A stretch of DNA of 64,000 nucleotides from Callorhinchus milii (lineage: Eukaryota), in the NCBI RefSeq assembly GCF_018977255.1, contig NW_024704745.1, positions 11,904,001-11,968,000 on the forward strand, in the 5' to 3' direction. Of this stretch, positions 62,310 to 64,000 are shown piece by piece; positions within the stretch are counted from its first letter, which is position 1, and every line of letters begins with the position of its first letter. The position numbers were made by a program, and so were the translations under genes. The notes beneath the pieces are model-generated. The model was not told the DNA's origin. It ran no database searches and was given only the letters and a program-made list of their open reading frames with translations.

Positions 62310-62675
62310 GTCTAAGCTCTGGTCGTATAGTGAAAGTGCCGTCAGGCCCTCTGTACCGTGTGCTAGGCAGCTCTGTCGACATCCCGTGCAGTGTCAGTGA
62401 GTACCAGGGCCCGGCTGAACAGAATTTTGATTGGACGGTGCTCCGCGGGGACCGGTCTGTTAAGATTGACAGCACGTGGGAACCGAATTTCTTCGACCCC
62501 GAATATAAAGAGAAAGTGACGAGAAGAGAGATCACAGTGCAGAGGCTCAGCAACAACTCCACCCAGCTTCATTTCACCAGTGTTACATTTCAAGATGAAG
62601 GACAATACACTTGTGAGACACCCAGTACTGATGAGAATAGTGCCGGGAACTACGACGCTCAGGTATATCTGAAAG
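62310..62675 (+). CDS. PTGFRN: Exon 2, first Ig V-set domain of PTGFRN-like (EWI-F/CD9P-1) protein; 366 nt, phase 1-1
   Basis: Acceptor TTCTTCCGTTCTCCTGCAG|G, donor AAAG|GTAAGT; IPCSV..GPAEQNFDW..STWE..DEGQYTCETPSTD..GNY. NFDW, STWE and GNY agree with human PTGFRN as I recall it (IGSF8/IGSF3 have NFEW/NFQW and GSY); GPLYR is IGSF3/8-like, so orthology is not certain. Confidence 0.85.
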
Positions 62676-62719
62676 GTAAGTTTAGGGGAAGTTGTATTCA
62701 TTCTTACAGTATAATGCAA

Positions 62720-63320
62720 TTTATGTTTATATACTGTTATACCGCCTTTCGTATCGGGAGAGCATCTCAAAAAGCATTTTACCCTGCTGGCTGGGCACCT
62801 GAGCTGGGGGTGGGGGTGAGTGGGAGCTGAAGAGGGTGAGTAGCCGGAAAGGTGACTAAAAACAGTCAAAAGGGTAAGCCTTGAGGCAGGAAAGGAAAGG
62901 GGAAGAGTCAAAGGGACTCCAGGGAACATGAACAGAGTGGCTGAGAGCTCGCCTGCTGATAGTGGGGAGGATAAGTCCTGTAGCTCAGTGGTTAGAGCAC
63001 TCGCTTTGCAAGTGAGAGACCCGAGTTCAATTCCAGGCAGAGGGCGAAACCTTGGGCAAGTTTCCTTACTCCACACAGAGCCTAATAATAATCCCTCCAA
63101 AACCAAAAACAATAATAAATTGGTCATTTTCAATCTACGACTGTTTGTGGGACATTGCTGTGCGCAATTGGCTGCCGCGTTCGCCCACAAATATACAGTC
63201 AATTCACTTTACAGTGTGTTCTGTGAAGCGCTTTGGGACGTCCTCCCGACGTGAAAAGCGCTATATCAAATGCAAGGATTATTATTATTATTATAAGGCA
63301 GGCGACATGAAACGTGGGTA
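62720..63320 (-). mobile_element. L2 3' fragment split by a young SINE
   Basis: Tail TATACCGCCTTTCGTATCGGGAG; GATAGTGGGGAGGATAA/GGCAGGCGACATG continuity across the SINE. Confidence 0.7.
62974..63292 (+). mobile_element. Young SINE subfamily B2
   Basis: AGTCCTGTAGCTCAGTGG head, B box GAGTTCAATTCC, CTCCC-loop tail, ATAA TSD (62971-62974 / 63293-63296). Confidence 0.95.
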
Positions 63321-63689
63321 GGTAGTATATTTAACTGGTCTTTTCTATTGAAAGACTAGGCATGAAGATCCCCAGCTAGATTATATACACTTTCATTACA
63401 TTTCCCACTGTTAACAGTACAGTGGAACATTGATGATCTCCGAGGAGACAATCCTGGTAGATAATTGAAATCAGTAGATATTTCAGATTTGCTTCAAAAT
63501 CATGAGTTTCACCTTTTTATTGTATAATTTTTATGTTGGGATGTTTGGGATGTCCTCGCAACATGAAAGATGCTACATAAACGAAATGTGTTATTTGTTG
63601 CTGTTGATGTTACAGTACATCAAGGTAAGTAAAACATGGGATTGTTTCATAACTGTTATACGAAAGCTGGGGGGAGAAGGGAAGTGGGA

Positions 63690-64000
63690 GGGGTAGAGAG
63701 ATTGCCACACTCTCAGCAATCCCATCTCCCCAGCCAATGGCACGATGGATGGGCTTGAAGATTTCAGTGCTGGCTCTGGAACTCTTATCCCCCAGTGCCT
63801 TCGCCGCTTCCTCCCTCTCCTCCTTCAAGGCCGGTCTCAAAACCTTTCTCTTTGACCGAGCCTTCAGCTCCCCTCTCGACTCTCTTCCCCCTTCTCGCTC
63901 CCTCCCTTCCCTCCCCTCACCCTGACCATTCCCCCTCCTTGCTCCCTCCCTTCCCTCCCCTCACCCTGACCATTTCCCCCCTGCTCGGGTCATGACCCAA
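63690..64000 (+). mobile_element. L2 3' region containing a ~46-bp tandem duplication
   Basis: SLSSFKAGLKTFLFDRAF; CCCTCCCCTCACCCTGACCATT x2. Confidence 0.75.

Noticed and set aside
62661-62668. Alternative donor CAG|GTATAT in exon 2
   Set aside because: Weaker than AAG|GTAAGT 13 nt downstream; it would frameshift and cut the G strand
62363-63202. 279-aa minus-strand ORF
   Set aside because: Chimera of SINE, L2 and the antisense of exon 2
1-64000. CRISPR arrays, rRNA, prokaryotic or viral systems
   Set aside because: No regularly spaced repeat-spacer structure, rRNA similarity or long intact ORFs; the window is ordinary vertebrate intergenic and intronic DNA

Overview
Vertebrate genomic DNA, very probably a cartilaginous fish (inferred from tRNA-headed SINEs with a Deu-domain-like core and L2-type tails, plus abundant L2 and CR1 LINEs); two N gaps. 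The only host gene I can support is the 5' part of an EWI-family Ig gene, most likely PTGFRN, on the + strand. It has a signal-peptide exon (40149-40191), a 22.1 kb intron and an Ig-V exon (62310-62675), joined in phase 1; the rest of the gene lies beyond the window. Most other recognisable sequence is transposon-derived, with nested insertions and several generations of an L2-dependent SINE. The most interesting items are: (i) a compact, decayed multi-exon unit at 14.1-15.5 kb with four ~90-100 nt GT-AG introns whose translation recalls KDZ/Zisupton/HMGXB3-type transposases (inference); (ii) a SINE series whose 3' stem-loop converges on the young L2 tail with a compensatory base pair; (iii) a ~98% identical inverted SINE pair flanking exon 2; (iv) a candidate 9-nt poison microexon. 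Most ORFs in the supplied track are spurious or TE-derived. TE boundaries are approximate unless a target-site duplication (TSD) is given.
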